Notes under the pieces: model-generated
Databases searched by the model: none
What the model was told of the DNA's origin: nothing
What the model saw: only the letters and a program-made list of their open reading frames with translations
Assembly: GCF_032191835.1 (NCBI RefSeq)
Contig: NC_083237.1
Coordinates: forward strand, 18,662,001-18,726,000
Source of the DNA: Heteronotia binoei
Taxonomy: Eukaryota
Direction: 5' to 3'
DNA: 64,000 nt
Shown here: piece by piece, positions 21,149 to 34,019 of the stretch
Layout: each line of letters begins with the position of its first letter
Position numbering within the stretch: the first letter of the stretch is position 1
Program-made: the position numbers and the translations under genes

Positions 21149-24100
21149 CCTAAAGAAGACAAAGATATCACAAATGTAAAGAATTATAGACCAATTTCAT
21201 TGCTGAATAATGACTATAAGATTTATACAAGAATTTTAGCAGAACGATTGAAGCAATATTTGACCAACTTTATAAACAAAGACCAAGCCGGATTTCTTCC
21301 TAAAAGACAAATAAGAGACAATGTAAGAGCTGTTATTAATGTTGTGGAATACTATGAGAAGCATCCAGAAAAGGAAGCGGCCTTATTCTTTGTGGATGCA
21401 AAAAAAGCCTTTGACAATTTGAACTGGGACTTTATGTTTGTGGTAATGGAAAAAATAAACTTAGGGGAACAATTTATAAAAATGACAAGAGCAATATATA
21501 CGGATCAACAAGCAAAATTGTGCATAAATGCAGATCTTACCAAAGAATTGAAAGTAAGTAAAGGAACAAGGCAAGGATGTCCGTTATCACCATTGTTGTT
21601 TATAATGACTCTTGAAATTTTGTTACAACAAATACAAAAGGATAAAGAAATAGAAGGAGTAAAAATTAGAAGATTCTCTTATAAATATAAAGCTTTTGCA
21701 GATGACATAGTGTTCATATTAGAGAATCCGATTCAAGTGTCACCATTGCTGTTAGCCAAGATAAAAGAATATGGAGAGTTAGCAGGACTATATATAAATA
21801 AAGAGAAATCGAAATTCTTATGTAAAAATATGTAACCAAATAAAATAAAAGAATTGCAAAAGGTGACGGGCTGTGAGGTCACTACTAAAGTCAAATATCT
21901 TGGAATAGAGATAACAATGAAGAATATTGATCTATTCAAAAATAACTATGAAAAACTGTGGTGTAAGATGGACAAGGATTTGATGAAATGGAATAGACTT
22001 AACTTGTCCTTATTGGGCAGGATAGCTGCATTTAAGATGAATATTTTGCCAAGAATAACGTATTTGTTTCAAACCATCCCGGTTGTAAAAGGTGCCAAAC
22101 AATTTAACAAATGGCAAAGGAAGATTTCTGACTTTATTTGGGCCAGAAAGAAACCAAGGATTAAGATGAAGATTTTAATAGATGCCAAAGAGAGAGGTGG
22201 TTTTCAACTCCCGGATTTAAGATTGTATCATGATGCGGTTTGTTTGACATGGATCAAAGATTGGATAATGCTGTTAGATAAAAAACCTTTGTGGTTAGAG
22301 GCTCATGGGAATAAATTCGGCTGGCATGCGTATAAGTGTTATGCGAAGAAAAAAATGGATGGTTTTTTCTCTCACCATTATATTCAAAACAGTTTACTAA
22401 ATACTTGAATAAAATATAAGAAATATGGAGACGAGAGAAAACCACTGTGGATAGTGCTAGCAGAAGTAATAAAAATAACAGCTGAATCCAATGAAGAAAG
22501 AGAGATGTCATATAATCAACTGCTTAAGATTCAAGGAGACAAAATTGAATTAAAATCCTCAGAAGAGCTAAATAATAAGTACGATTGGTTTCAAATGCAG
22601 CAAATTAAAAGCTTGATGGAAAACGATATTAAATTGGAGGGAATTAGACGAGAACAAACAGAACTGGAAAGGGTCCTGCTTGGAGATAATGAAAAATTGA
22701 TATCGAAAGTATACAAATTATTATTGAAATGGTCTACAGAAGATGAAGTAGTAAAGTTTCAAATGGTTAAATGGGCAATAAATATGAACAGAGCAATACA
22801 AATGGATACGTGGGAGCACCTTTGGAAGAACTCGATGAAGATCTCAACTTGTCAGAGTATCAAAGAGAACTGTTTTAAGATGATGTATAGGTGGTATATG
22901 ACTCCGAAAAAACTGGCTAGGATGAGTAAGAAAATGTCGGATAGATGTTGGAAATGTAAAAAACATGAAGGTTCTTTCTTTCATATGTGGTGGACTTGTG
23001 AAAAAGTGAAAGAGTACTGGAAGATGATACATCAAGAAATCTCCAAAATTTTGGGTTACGACCTTAAGAGAACTGCAGAGACTTTTTTGCTTGGATTACA
23101 ACTAGAAAAATGTCCAAAGGAAGACAGGACTTTAATTTGGTACCTGCTCTCAGCTGCTAGGACATTGTATGCGCAGCTGTGGAAAAAAGAAAAAATACCA
23201 GAGAAATGGGACTGGATTAAGAAAGTTTTATCATGGAGTGAGATGGACAAACTAACTAGAACCCTAAGAGACTATGATTTAGATATATTCAAAAAGGAGT
23301 GGAAGAAATTTAAAGAATATATGGAGAAAGAGTGGAATGTAAAAAGACATTGGACAATTTTTTAGTATTAATGAGAAAAAAATATATATTGAACTTTGAT
23401 TGGTTAGTAGTACCTTTAGTATTGAATTTAAATCTATAACTTCAGGGAAGTCAACAATGGAGGGAGGGGGGATTGAAATACCATATGGGCTAATACAGAA
23501 AATGTATAATTAAGTTTTGTAACCATATGTTATCAATAAATTGTTAAAACACACCATTGCTAAGTTGTCATGCTCCAAAAAAGGGGCCAGCTGCCGCACC
23601 TGCTGAAAGTGCTAAAAGGCGGATTTCGTAGTAGCTGCTATCTGGGCCTCCAATGTCAGAGAGGATTCCAGTAGCACTCCCAGGGTCTTGACCTTAGGGG
23701 CTGGAATTAGTGGCACCCTGTCAAAAGCTGGGAAAGGGATCAACCTTCCTGGGCCACCCCAGCTCAGATAGAGAACCTCCGTCTTCATCGGATTCAGCTT
23801 CAACTGACTCAGCCTGAACCAAGATGCTACGGCTTGAAGGACCAAGTCTAGATTATCCGGGGTACAGTCGGACTGGCCACCCATCAATAGATAGAGCTGG
23901 GTGTCATCTACATACTGATGACATCCCAGCCCATACCTCCTGACAATCTGGGCAAGGGGATGCATATAGATGTTAAATAACATTGGGGACAGAACCGCTC
24001 CTTGTGGCACACCACATACAAGTGGGTTCCTTCAGGATGAGTCTTCCCCTATCACCAGCCTTTGTCCCCAACCTTGGAGAAAAGAGGCCAACCATTGCAA

Positions 24101-26289
24101 GATCGACCCCTGAATCCCCACGTCAGCGAGGCAGCTAGACAGTAGCTGATGGTCAACCGTGTCAAATGCGGCTGTCAGATCTAATAATAACAGCATTGTT
24201 GAGCCGCCCCAATCCAGGTGGCACATAAGATAATGTATGAGGGCGAGCAGAAGCCGGACTGGAATGGATCCAATGCAGAAGTGTCAAGGCTCAAAAAGCT
24301 ATGATCCCCGCCATAGCTTTGGTCCTCCAAAGCTGCCATTTTCCCAGGGAAACTGTACTTTCTAATTGGAGGATCAACAGTAACCTGGGGAAAGCTCCAG
24401 GCCCCACCTGGAGGTTGGTAATCTTAGGGAGGGGCTTGCTTGCTGTTTTGAGTTATACAGTGACAAGAGTGACTGAGCTGCCAGCCCACCAACCCACAAA
24501 CTATCTGCTAAGGACAATCAGGAGGTAGGCAGGAGGCCTACCTAGAGTTGCCAATCCCCAGGTGGTGGCAGGGGATCCCCCAGTTTGGAGGCCCTCCACC
24601 CACTTCAGTGTTGGCATAGGAAATAATGCCAGTAAGGCATGAGGCACTGCTGCTGATCTGACAGCTACTGTCAGGTCCATCAGTGGCTATTAGCTACAGT
24701 GTGTGTGTGTATATATATATATGGGCCATTGGCCTGATCCAACATGGCTTCTCTTATGTTCTTAAGATATTCATGCTGTATGTTATGGTATCTCCTCACC
24801 TTAGCTGTGTCTTTTTTTCTAAACTAAAAGGTTCCAGCTACTTTAGCCCTTCCTTAACAACCTAATCAACTCTACTGGTAGATCTGGTTGCTTAAAATAG
24901 TCCAAAGAGAAATGTCAGGGAAATGTATCTGAAGTGAAGACTTCAGAAGTTTCTGTTTCTGAAGTGAAGACTTATTGATGTTCTTGGGGGACACAGTCTC
25001 AAGGGCACCCAAAGATTTATTAGAAGCATTAAGTCTTCGATGCTCTTTCGTATCACCTTTTTCTTTCCAGAAAACCTTTTGCATGGAGCACCAGCATCAC
25101 AGCTGTGCTGCTCAGTAAAAGTACAGTAAAGTACAATAGATTTCTCCCCCAACCCAATGCTGACAGAAGATTTTTGATGATTTTTCTACTGGATGGAACA
25201 GTGCTTTCAAAGCTCTTGAGGTACAGTAATGGGAACAATTACAGGCAGCAAAGGCGACGGAAGTGGGACCTTGAACGGCTGACAGAGTCCAGGGGAAAAA
25301 AGCATTTGTGCTTCTTAAAGGAAATTATGATCTTTGGTAACATTGTGGCTAGAAAAGAGAGAATCTGACCAATGAAACTGAGGGATTGTGAGGTATTCCA
25401 GGATTGTCAGCTGCATTCATAATTTGTACTTAATTGTAAAGACAAAGTGCTTTCCTCCAGTTAGACTCTTCAAATTCCAGTTTCATTCAAAGACAGCCTG
25501 CCATCTTTATGTATGGACACTGTCGTGTTATTTTTCTATGATACTGGGGGATGAAGTCTCTCTGAAAAATGTGTGGAGGTCCCTACCTGCCCGCAAGGAG
25601 GGTCTTTCATTCAGTGCACTGAACAACTGGAAGACCAGACATCTCCTCTCACAAAACCCCTCCTGATCATTCACAGGTCTGTGAAAAAAATTTAAATGTG
25701 TTTTGATTGATTTCCCTTCTCTCCCTCTCTTTCCCCACTCCAACACCAGTTTCAGAGCATCTATCTAAACTAGTCTCTGTATACTCTCATATGGAATGGA
25801 AACTTTTGAAACTCCTGCTGATGCTGACAATTTCTCTGTCTTCATCTCATGTTTCTTGGTTCTGGTGGAAGAGTTCCATTCTGTGTGTTCATTTTACACC
25901 TGGTGTTACGCTAGCCATAAGTTGCGTGAGACAAGCCAGCTATTTCATGGTGAATTCTGTCCAATTCATTTCTTCTGAGGTGTTATAGAAAATCATGAAA
26001 ATAGAAATCGTAAAGAGACAATCTGCTTTTCACATCCTCTAGTTTTGATGGCATGAGCTATGTACTTTGTAAACCTCTCACCTCATCCTAACTGGAAAGC
26101 ACAAGATATATAGCAGTACTAGCAATACAGAATGTCTATTTAAGAGATTGGTTTATTAAGTATGCAGACTGATCACATGGTAAACCAGTGTGGCATGGCC
26201 ATTCCTTTTGTAATTCACCTAGATTTAAAGAAGCACCAATTGGCAGAGGACTTTATTACCTTTTATGGCTATCCAGACCAAATGGCCAA

Positions 26290-26465
26290 GCCACACTGGT
26301 TTACCATGTGATCAGTCTGCATACTTAATCAACAGACTGCTTGTATTTCAGCCCACAATACCTGAGCCCCTCATCTGATGAAGTCTGCTTAAAGAGCACA
26401 CGAAAGCTTATGTTCTGAAAAAAACTTGGTTGGTCTTAAAGGTGCTTCTTGACTCCTGCTTTGTT
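26290..26465 (+). mobile_element. Penelope-like element terminal remnant containing a hammerhead ribozyme motif
   Basis: ctgatgaagtctgcttaaagagcacacgaaagcttatgttctg followed by ttggtcttaaaggtgc, shared with copies near 34300-34450 and 39790-40010. Confidence 0.65.
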
Positions 26466-26582
26466 CAACATATATGCATACAAATAGATAAAACTTGCCA
26501 ATGTGAGTCAAGACAAAAGAACCTTCTAAAAGGGTCTATAATCTGTACAAAAATAAGTCAATCTGTCTAATACAAATTTAAA

Positions 26583-28020
26583 TTACAACACATTACTGTG
26601 TATAAGAAAAGCAGCCTGCAAAAACATTGCCACAGCATCAGTTGTGTCTCCATCTTTGTTGTTTAATAGATACAGCAGTTTATATGAATCCGGAAGCGCT
26701 AAGATGCTATCAAGAATTAACGATAAAATGCTACGCTGAATATTAACATAATAAAAGCATTCTAACAACACATGAGGCACAGTTTCAAGGGACCCACTTG
26801 CACAAGGGCATGGTCTTTTAGCAAAAGGTGTTAATATCGCTGAAGGGTGGGGCATGGAACCAAGCAGGAGAAACCAGTGTATTCTAGTTAATATTTCTTC
26901 TGGAGCTGTATAATTTTTAAATTTTAAATTTTTAAATTTTAATTTTTTTTATTATAAGTACTATATTTATTAAGCTAGAGGATGTTTGACCACTACTGTA
27001 TTATTTGTCATATCTCATTATTCATATTAATGACCTATATGTTATTTTCACATTTACTTTTTAAATATCTTTCGTTTTACTTATTTAGGTCCATCTTGAT
27101 TTTTACAGTTTTTATGTGGTGGTTGTTGTTGGCCTGCATTGTGCTGTGTATTTGGTCATGGACCGTAATAAAGCAAACTGAACTGTATTGATTCTGCGTA
27201 ATGCTGGAGTCTGAAGTTGGTAAAAGTAGCTACCAGTGGATAAGATCCCATGACTAAGAGACAAGCATGTCATTAGCTGCATTGTACAGTTCAGATAGCG
27301 CTACCTCAAATAATCTGTCCCTAATTGCTCACACCACCCATTAAAAGTCTGCCGTGAAAACGTTGTGAAAGCAATGTCACCCCAGAGTCGGAAACGACTG
27401 GTGCTTGCACAGGGCACCTTTCCTTTCCTATTGTTCACATTGCCTCTAATTCTGAAAGGGAGAGAAGAGATTCAAAGGAAATATTCAGTGTTCTTAGTTT
27501 GTTTTCAATATTCACCAGCCATGGGGAAATATTAGATTCTGTCAAGAATTGGCCACAGCAGCTAGAGGGCTCAGATCTATAGCACAATCAAAGCCAAAAT
27601 TTAAAGATCATAGACCTCGCACTTGCGGTCATAAAATTTTGGCCACATTCCAGGCATAAGGCAGCATATGGTACCCAAGATGGAACACCCAAAATCTTCT
27701 GTAGAAAGCCTGACTGTACTTGTTCAACTGCTTTATTTATTGAATCAATCCAAATAGGGGTTCCATAGAGTAATTGAGGGACAGTTTTCAAATTAAAAAC
27801 TTTTAGCACAGCTGGAACATATTGATTCCCTTTTTCAGAAAAACAGAAGCACAGAAGTGAGTTAACATTTGCTTTAGCATTATTAATTGTTATTTTGCAT
27901 TGTTGGGTCCATGATGTAGTAGCCTGGAAATGTAAACCTAAGTACTTAAAGTGTTTTACTTGTTCGAGCTCATGGTCACCCACCCTTCAAGTATATTGCT
28001 TTCTAGATTTGGAGAAGACT
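26583..28020 (-). mobile_element. Fragments of an RTE-X-like LINE 3' region, interrupted by other repeats
   Basis: EQVKHFKYLG..PQLLYGTPIW..VPYAALCLE (27588..27983) and CPC..ETVPHVLLEC (26583..26855) parallel the element at 41768..46849; paralogous piece at about 61030..61370. Confidence 0.65.
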
Positions 28021-28521
28021 AACACTTTTGATTTCTCATAATTTAATTCTAATTGATTGATTTTACAGTACTCCTGGGCAGTGATTTAATAGCCAAAGTA
28101 AAAAATAAATAACCGTTGACATTTTGATTTCTGAGATTTGGAGAAAAGAACTTGTGACCATCTTTTTGCCGTAACTTCATTCCTACCTACCCTGTGCAGA
28201 AGATTACTCAAAGCGCATGTTTTGCTATTACTTCTTATTTATAATTCCTTATTTATAAGTACCCAGAGGAACAATACATTCTGCGAATTTAGAGGGAGGT
28301 ATTTGTGAGTTTCCTACATTGTGCAGGGGGTTGAACTAGATGACCCTGGAGGTCCCTTTCAGCACTATGATTCTATGACTAAATGGATGTGATCTGAAAC
28401 GTGGACATCCCCTTTCTCCCTAACTGGATGCCATGTCTTTTCAGCATTTCTCTTTCTATGGAGACAAATAGCCAGATAAGAGTATATCGTATGCAATGAT
28501 GACTCTGTTCTCTAATTCCAG

Positions 28522-29457
28522 ATGGAGTTCACCAACAGGACAGTTCAGGAATTCATTTTGGTGGGCTTTGAAGTCGGGCAGCTGCAACGACTCCTACTCC
28601 TCACCTTTTTCACTTTTCTTTACATGCTTGCCATGGCGGAGAACATCACCATCATCACGTTGGTGCATCTTGACACCCAGTTGTCCCGGCTCCCCATGTA
28701 CATCCTCCTGAGCAACTTCTCTTGGCTGGAGATCTGCTATGTGAGCACCACTGTGCCCCGCATGCTCTTAGACCTGGCATTGGCCAACAAGATCATCTCC
28801 TTCAGTTCCTGCTTCCTCCAGTTCTACATTTTCTTCTCTCTTGGCAGTACAGAATGCTTCTTCCTCTCTTCTATGGCCTTGGATCGGTACTTGGCCATCT
28901 GCCACCCACTGCGATATCCACAGATCATGTCCCCAAATTTTTGCTACATCCTAGTAACTGCTTCTTGGGTCCTTGGCTTCCTGGCATACATTGTCCCAGT
29001 CACACTGATCTCCAAGATGTCTTTCTGTGGTCCTAATATCATTGACCATTTTTTGTGTGACCCTGGGCCAATTCTGGCTTTGGCTTGTCCTCCCCTACCA
29101 AAGGCTCCCCTCGTTAGTCTGATTTTCATGGATGTTGTGGTGATTCTCGGCAACATCATGTTTGCTGTGCTGTCCTACAGTTCTGTGATTGTCACTTTGA
29201 TGAAAAACTCTAGCAAAGGCAATCGGTTAAAGTCTTTCTCCACCATATCATTCCACTTGTTGGTGGTCACGCTTTACTATGGCCCTCCAGCAGGGCTGTA
29301 TGTAAACCCAGGAGGAGAAACGGATTCAAATGTCATTAAGACAGTAACACTCTTCTATACTGCCTTAACACCCTTTCTCAACCCCCTGATTTACTGTCTG
29401 AGGAATGATCAGGTAAAGGAGGCACTGTTCCGATTATGGAGGAGAAAAGAAAAGTGA
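28522..29457 (+). CDS. Olfactory receptor, OR11-like (OR3), 311 aa, intact
   Basis: All OR motifs present, including PFLNPLIYCLRN; normal C-terminus. Confidence 0.95.
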   Translation: MEFTNRTVQEFILVGFEVGQLQRLLLLTFFTFLYMLAMAENITIITLVHLDTQLSRLPMYILLSNFSWLEICYVSTTVPRMLLDLALANKIISFSSCFLQFYIFFSLGSTECFFLSSMALDRYLAICHPLRYPQIMSPNFCYILVTASWVLGFLAYIVPVTLISKMSFCGPNIIDHFLCDPGPILALACPPLPKAPLVSLIFMDVVVILGNIMFAVLSYSSVIVTLMKNSSKGNRLKSFSTISFHLLVVTLYYGPPAGLYVNPGGETDSNVIKTVTLFYTALTPFLNPLIYCLRNDQVKEALFRLWRRKEK

Positions 29458-30535
29458 CCGTGTAAAAAAAGAGGAACATGCTACAGTATTCTCCAAGATA
29501 AAGCTGATGCAGTCAGTGCTAGACAACAAAGGCACAGATCCCTGTTCAGTGTTTCTGACTCCTTTTGTGCACTGGAAGGCAACAGTACACATTTCCACTA
29601 GAATACTGTTCAAGCACTTTTCAAGTGTATGTTCTGTAACAAATACAATAAAATGAATTCTCCATTATTTTATAGGGCACTCACAACTGTACAATTTTTA
29701 TGCATTCCAGCTAGTTCGATAAACATAATTGTATGTGGAAATCATTATTGTTTCTCTATATGATCTAACTGTAGGTAATGCTAATTTATATGTGTAGACA
29801 CATGATAAGGATGAATATGCAAGAATTCATTTGCATATTAGACCACACCCACTGATATCACAATTGTTTCACGTAAGGCTTTTTTGCAGAAAAAGCCCAG
29901 CAGGAACTCATTTGCATATTATGCCACACCCCCTGCAACCAAGCCCACCAGAACAGTGTTCCTGTGCGTTCCTCCTCAAAAAAAGCCCTGGAGAACATGA
30001 TGGTGTTTGCTTGCCCCTTTCCTAATACCTGATATGGGCAGTGGAGATGTCTTACTTCTGCAAGGCTTTCCTCCCTTCCTAACATAAGGGGTCTCAAGGC
30101 TTGCATTTTCCAGGCTTCCTTGCATCCATACTAAGGACTTCATGCCCTGGGCCAAACTACTTCCCTGAGGTCCATTGCCAGAGTCCCTGAAACCCAGAGC
30201 GTCACATCCTCCAATGCTTGTCCTTGGGGATGGAGATGCAGCGGATGAAATTATCATCCAATTTTGAGAAGACATCTTGATGCAAATTCATAATGCCACT
30301 GAGTAATATAACAAGATATATTTTATCACTGTAGCTGTGACCTGCATGGCCCAGGCTGGCTTGATCTTGCCTGATCTCCAAAGCTAAACGAAGACACCTC
30401 GGTTGATACTTGGATGCGAGAACTACAAGGAAGTCCAGAGTCACTACGCAGTGGCAGGCAATAACAAGCCACCTCTGATGCAGTAGTAGCGATAACATCT
30501 CTTTGCTGAAATCCCTGCTGCTTTATAGGTCTTTC

Positions 30536-30723
30536 CAGGGCTTTTTTTTTTTTTTGTAACAGGAACTCCTTTGCATATTAGGCCACATACCCCTGATGTA
30601 GCCAGTCCTCCTGGAATTTACAGCAGGCCCTGTACTAAGAGCCCTGTAAGCTCTTGGAGGATTGGCTACATCAGGGTGTGTGGCCTAATATGCAAAGGAG
30701 TTCCTGCTACAAAAAAAGCCCTG
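30536..30723. mobile_element. Palindromic hAT-type MITE
   Basis: cagggcttttt...aaaaaagccctg fold-back; flanks ggtctttc and ggtcttct form a degenerate 8 bp TSD. Confidence 0.7.
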
Positions 30724-33606
30724 GGTCTTCTAAAGAGCTCTGTACCACCATCTGACAGATTTAGTGTCAGTTCTCTGCCAAGGTCATTCTAGATGTCTCC
30801 TGGATCTCTTCCAGTCACCCAGCGGTAAACCAGTAGGGTGATTTCCACAAGAGGTCAATGAGAGGTAAAAATTCAATAACTTCAAGGAGGTTTACAGTCC
30901 ACAATCCCACTGCAGCCTCAAGAGAACATATGTTTGGGATCCTACAGTTCCCCCAAGCATTTTGGAATCCTGTAGGATCCATGACTCTTCACAAGCACAG
31001 CACTGTATTCTGGGTCACTTTCCACGAGGGTTTCCTACCCACTTTGTAGCAGAATGGTCCTGCTCTGTCCTAGGCCCTGTGCTACCCTGCCCTCCAAGGC
31101 TTTCCTAACCACCATCACCACCTGCCCTTTGTAGGAATTGCCCCTGTGATGGTCAGGACTCCCAACTTCCCTTCCAAGTTCTGAGGCCTTGCCCCTGCAT
31201 CTCCTCTGCACCTGGTTACCATGGGAACAGCTTACTGCCTTGAGCACCACTGGGGGAACAGCCACTTGCCAACTGACTGTCCTCCCCTTCCTCCTGGTAC
31301 TCCTTCTAAAATAGCATGTCCAAGATGGTGGGGGTCTGTGTAGCACAGAGGACCACTAAAAAGATCAAAAGATATAAAGCAGGGGCACCAAGCTCATTTG
31401 TTATGAGGGCCAGATCTGACATAAATTAGACCTTGTCGGGCCGGGCCATGCATGTCATAAAATGTAATGCCAGGTAGTGGAGATATAAACTTTATAAAGG
31501 ACACAGAAAAACACAAATTATTTTTTAAAAAAACTTAAAGTAAAACGCGTTTAAAAGATTAGCACTCTTGCAATATTTTGTCTATCTAACAGTTTCTGAT
31601 AACTGACACCTCTTGGTTTGAATTATTGCATCAAAATCGAGAGAAAATGTGCTGTAGTAATTTTGAGTACGCTGTTCAGGTGTTGTTCAGATGTGTGTCT
31701 GTAAGTCGCAAGCCTACCTTTGATTTATTGACATCCATTGCAGAAGTCTCATGGTCAATGCTTTGAGCCTAAGACCCAGGGGAAAACATGAAACGGCTGG
31801 GCATTGTGAGCTTATATACATAAATTGCTTCATGTGCTGGTCAGCCAATAGAGAAAACAGAGGCTTTGCTCTGTAGCTCCTGTGTGGTTCAACAAGCCTG
31901 AAAAAGCAAGCGGTGATGCAGAAAGAAGCAAGAGAGAGGAAGAAGGAAGCAGATGACAGTAGGGCCTGATAGGAGCCTTCTGGGGGCCTGATCTGTCTCT
32001 CGGGCTACATGTTTGACAGCCTGGGTATAAAGCCTTTATTAAAGCAAAAATGTTCACAGGCATACTTTTAGCACAGTTTAGGGTGAGCAAGGGATTAAAA
32101 AGAAATGGGTAAAACACAATTCCTCTGTCCCTCTCTCTCTATATGCCCCATCAGATGTTAAACATAAGGCAAGTTCCTTAGCTTAGAAAGTTACCAGATC
32201 TTATACATGGTGTGTGTTTGTGTGGTGGGATAGTGCACACTATACCAGGGGTGGCCAACGGTAGCTCTCCAGATGTTTTTGCATACAACTCCCATCAACC
32301 CCAGCTATCAGCCGTGCTGACTGGGGCTGATGGGAGTTCATGACTGTGCTCTACACAGAAGTCATGAACACAGGAGCACATGAAGCTCCCTTATACTGAG
32401 TCAGACCATCGGTCCATCAAGGTCAGTCGTCTACTCAGATTGGAAGCGGCTCTCCAGGGTAGCAGGCAGAGGTCTTTCACATCACCTCCTACCTAGGCAT
32501 TTTGACTGAAGATGCTGAGGATTGAACCTGGAACCTTCTGCATGCCAAGCAGAGGCTCTACCATTGAGTCACACCCCCTCCCTCATGACAGTAATAGTGA
32601 ATGGGCATCTTTTAAACTCTTGAGTGAGATCCAGTGTTCAAGGAGGTTGTATTAAGAATCGTTATACAAAGTTTGATTGGAGTCCTGTAGCTACAAGAAT
32701 TCTTGAGTCATAAGCTTTCAGGAGTCAAAAAAAAGTTCAGGAGGGGCACCCATTTGTTTCTCCATCATTCACCGCGACACCGCTTTTTCCAGAAAAAAGG
32801 CCCTGCATATGTCTTAGGTTGAGATACACTACTAGATTTTTAGGGTGTTCTGTTCAGAACTTGTAATGATTCTATGCTCTTTGTTGCTTTATCATGTTTT
32901 AGGTTGTAAACCAGCTTGCACAGGTTCCCTGCACAAGTGGTGCAGACATGTTCTGAAGTAATAAACAAATAGATTTATCCAAGGAGAAGTTGCTCACTGA
33001 TTTTGCATGGCTACTTCCTGTCTGAGAATCCCATCCCATTTTTTGTTGTTGTTGTTTGGATTGCAGCATGGATGGCCACGGCCTCTGGTGGTCTGACCAC
33101 ACCATTCCAGCTGCTAATCTTGCTAGATGAGATCAGACAAATACTTTTGCTTCACTATTTCTGCAGCCAATGACCTCAGGACATTACCAACAGTCTTCCA
33201 GAGGAGATTAGCTCCAGTATAATTACCAAAATGACTGTCATTTCTTCAATCAGTCGAATTTTCAGTAGTTTTCCAGCATGAAACAGAAAACAAATCTAAA
33301 ATGAAATCTCCATGTTCTGGTTATAAAAGCTTCCATGGAGCCATTCACTGCTAAAATGAGAGACCATATTGCTACTCGATATCTCATGAGTAGCACACAA
33401 AGCAAACAGCTGGGACATGGAAGATAAGATTCAGACGTGTACCCTTTAAAAGTGTTTTGGAAGAGACAGGAGCCATCTGAGTCATCTTCTTGAAACCAGG
33501 CTGAAGATAATGTTGACAATACTCTAGAGGAGACCCTGAAGAGGAGACTCTACAGAGAGTCCAAATGGAGAAAGGTGTTTTTTGATTGCATACGGCAGAA
33601 TCTGTA

Positions 33607-34019
33607 ATGTTGAACATATGAAGCTGCCTTATACTGAATCAGACCCTCAGTCCATCAAAGTCAGTATTGTCTGCTCAGACTAGCAGCGGCTCTCCAGGGT
33701 CTCAAGCGGAGGTTTTTCACATCTATTTGCCTGGACCCTTTTAGTTGGAGATGCCAGGGATTGAACCTGGGATCTTCTGCTTACCAAGCAGATGCTCTAC
33801 CACTGAGCCACTGTCCCTCCCCTGCTGATACCGATGCTACTTCCTTGTGTATAAATCCCATAGTATGAAGTGCACTGGAAACCATCCTCCTCAGATTCCA
33901 CAACAGTCATATCAGCCTGGTGAAATCCTGATTGGTGGAATTGTGTCTCATACTGGTTGTGTTTCGCAAAAGCTTGAATTTAGGCAGCATCCCTGCCAGG
34001 TTGATAAATGTTATCCGAT
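33607..34019 (+). pseudogene. V2R exon 1, disrupted by a SINE after the start codon and a frameshift in the signal peptide
   Basis: ATG TTG at 33607, SINE, then CTG CTG ATA CCG ATG CTA CTT CCT (LLIPMLLP) out of frame with VYKSHSMKC..YQPGEILIGGIVS; phase-2 donor AT|GTAAG at 34019. Confidence 0.7.
33612..33821 (-). mobile_element. tRNA-derived SINE inside V2R exon 1
   Basis: Minus-strand A box TGGCTCAGTGG and B box GGTTCAATCC; a related copy lies at about 32370..32582. Confidence 0.8.

Larger units (their letters stand above)
17226..23551 (+). mobile_element. Full-length L1-clade LINE (ORF2 decayed) with 19 bp TSD
   Basis: TSD caccattgctaagttgtca at 17207..17225 and 23552..23570 (single copy at the paralogous empty site near 52362). 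Contains ORF1, an endonuclease start (MEYKLLSWNINGLN), RT (NYRPISLLN, QAGF, QGCPLSPLLF, FADD), the C-terminal CWKC..H..W.C motif and AATAAA near the 3' end. Confidence 0.95.
15762..24295 (-). mobile_element. L2 LINE (5'-truncated, decayed), split by a solo LTR, a Sauria SINE and an L1
   Basis: PQGAVLSPMLFNIYM..HQYVDDTQLY..LKLNPMKTE (23612..24010) continues into VTSRIDHFNALY..KLQLVQNIAARLL..LHWLP (16691..17225); uninterrupted paralog at about 51380..52905. Confidence 0.85.

Noticed and set aside
29825-29930. Octamer motifs ATTTGCAT downstream of OR3 and OR4 as a regulatory cluster
   Set aside because: They are part of a common palindromic MITE family repeated through the window
33760-33821. 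tRNA-like sequence with A and B boxes (also the heads of other SINEs)
   Set aside because: Continues into a SINE body and tail; no complete cloverleaf
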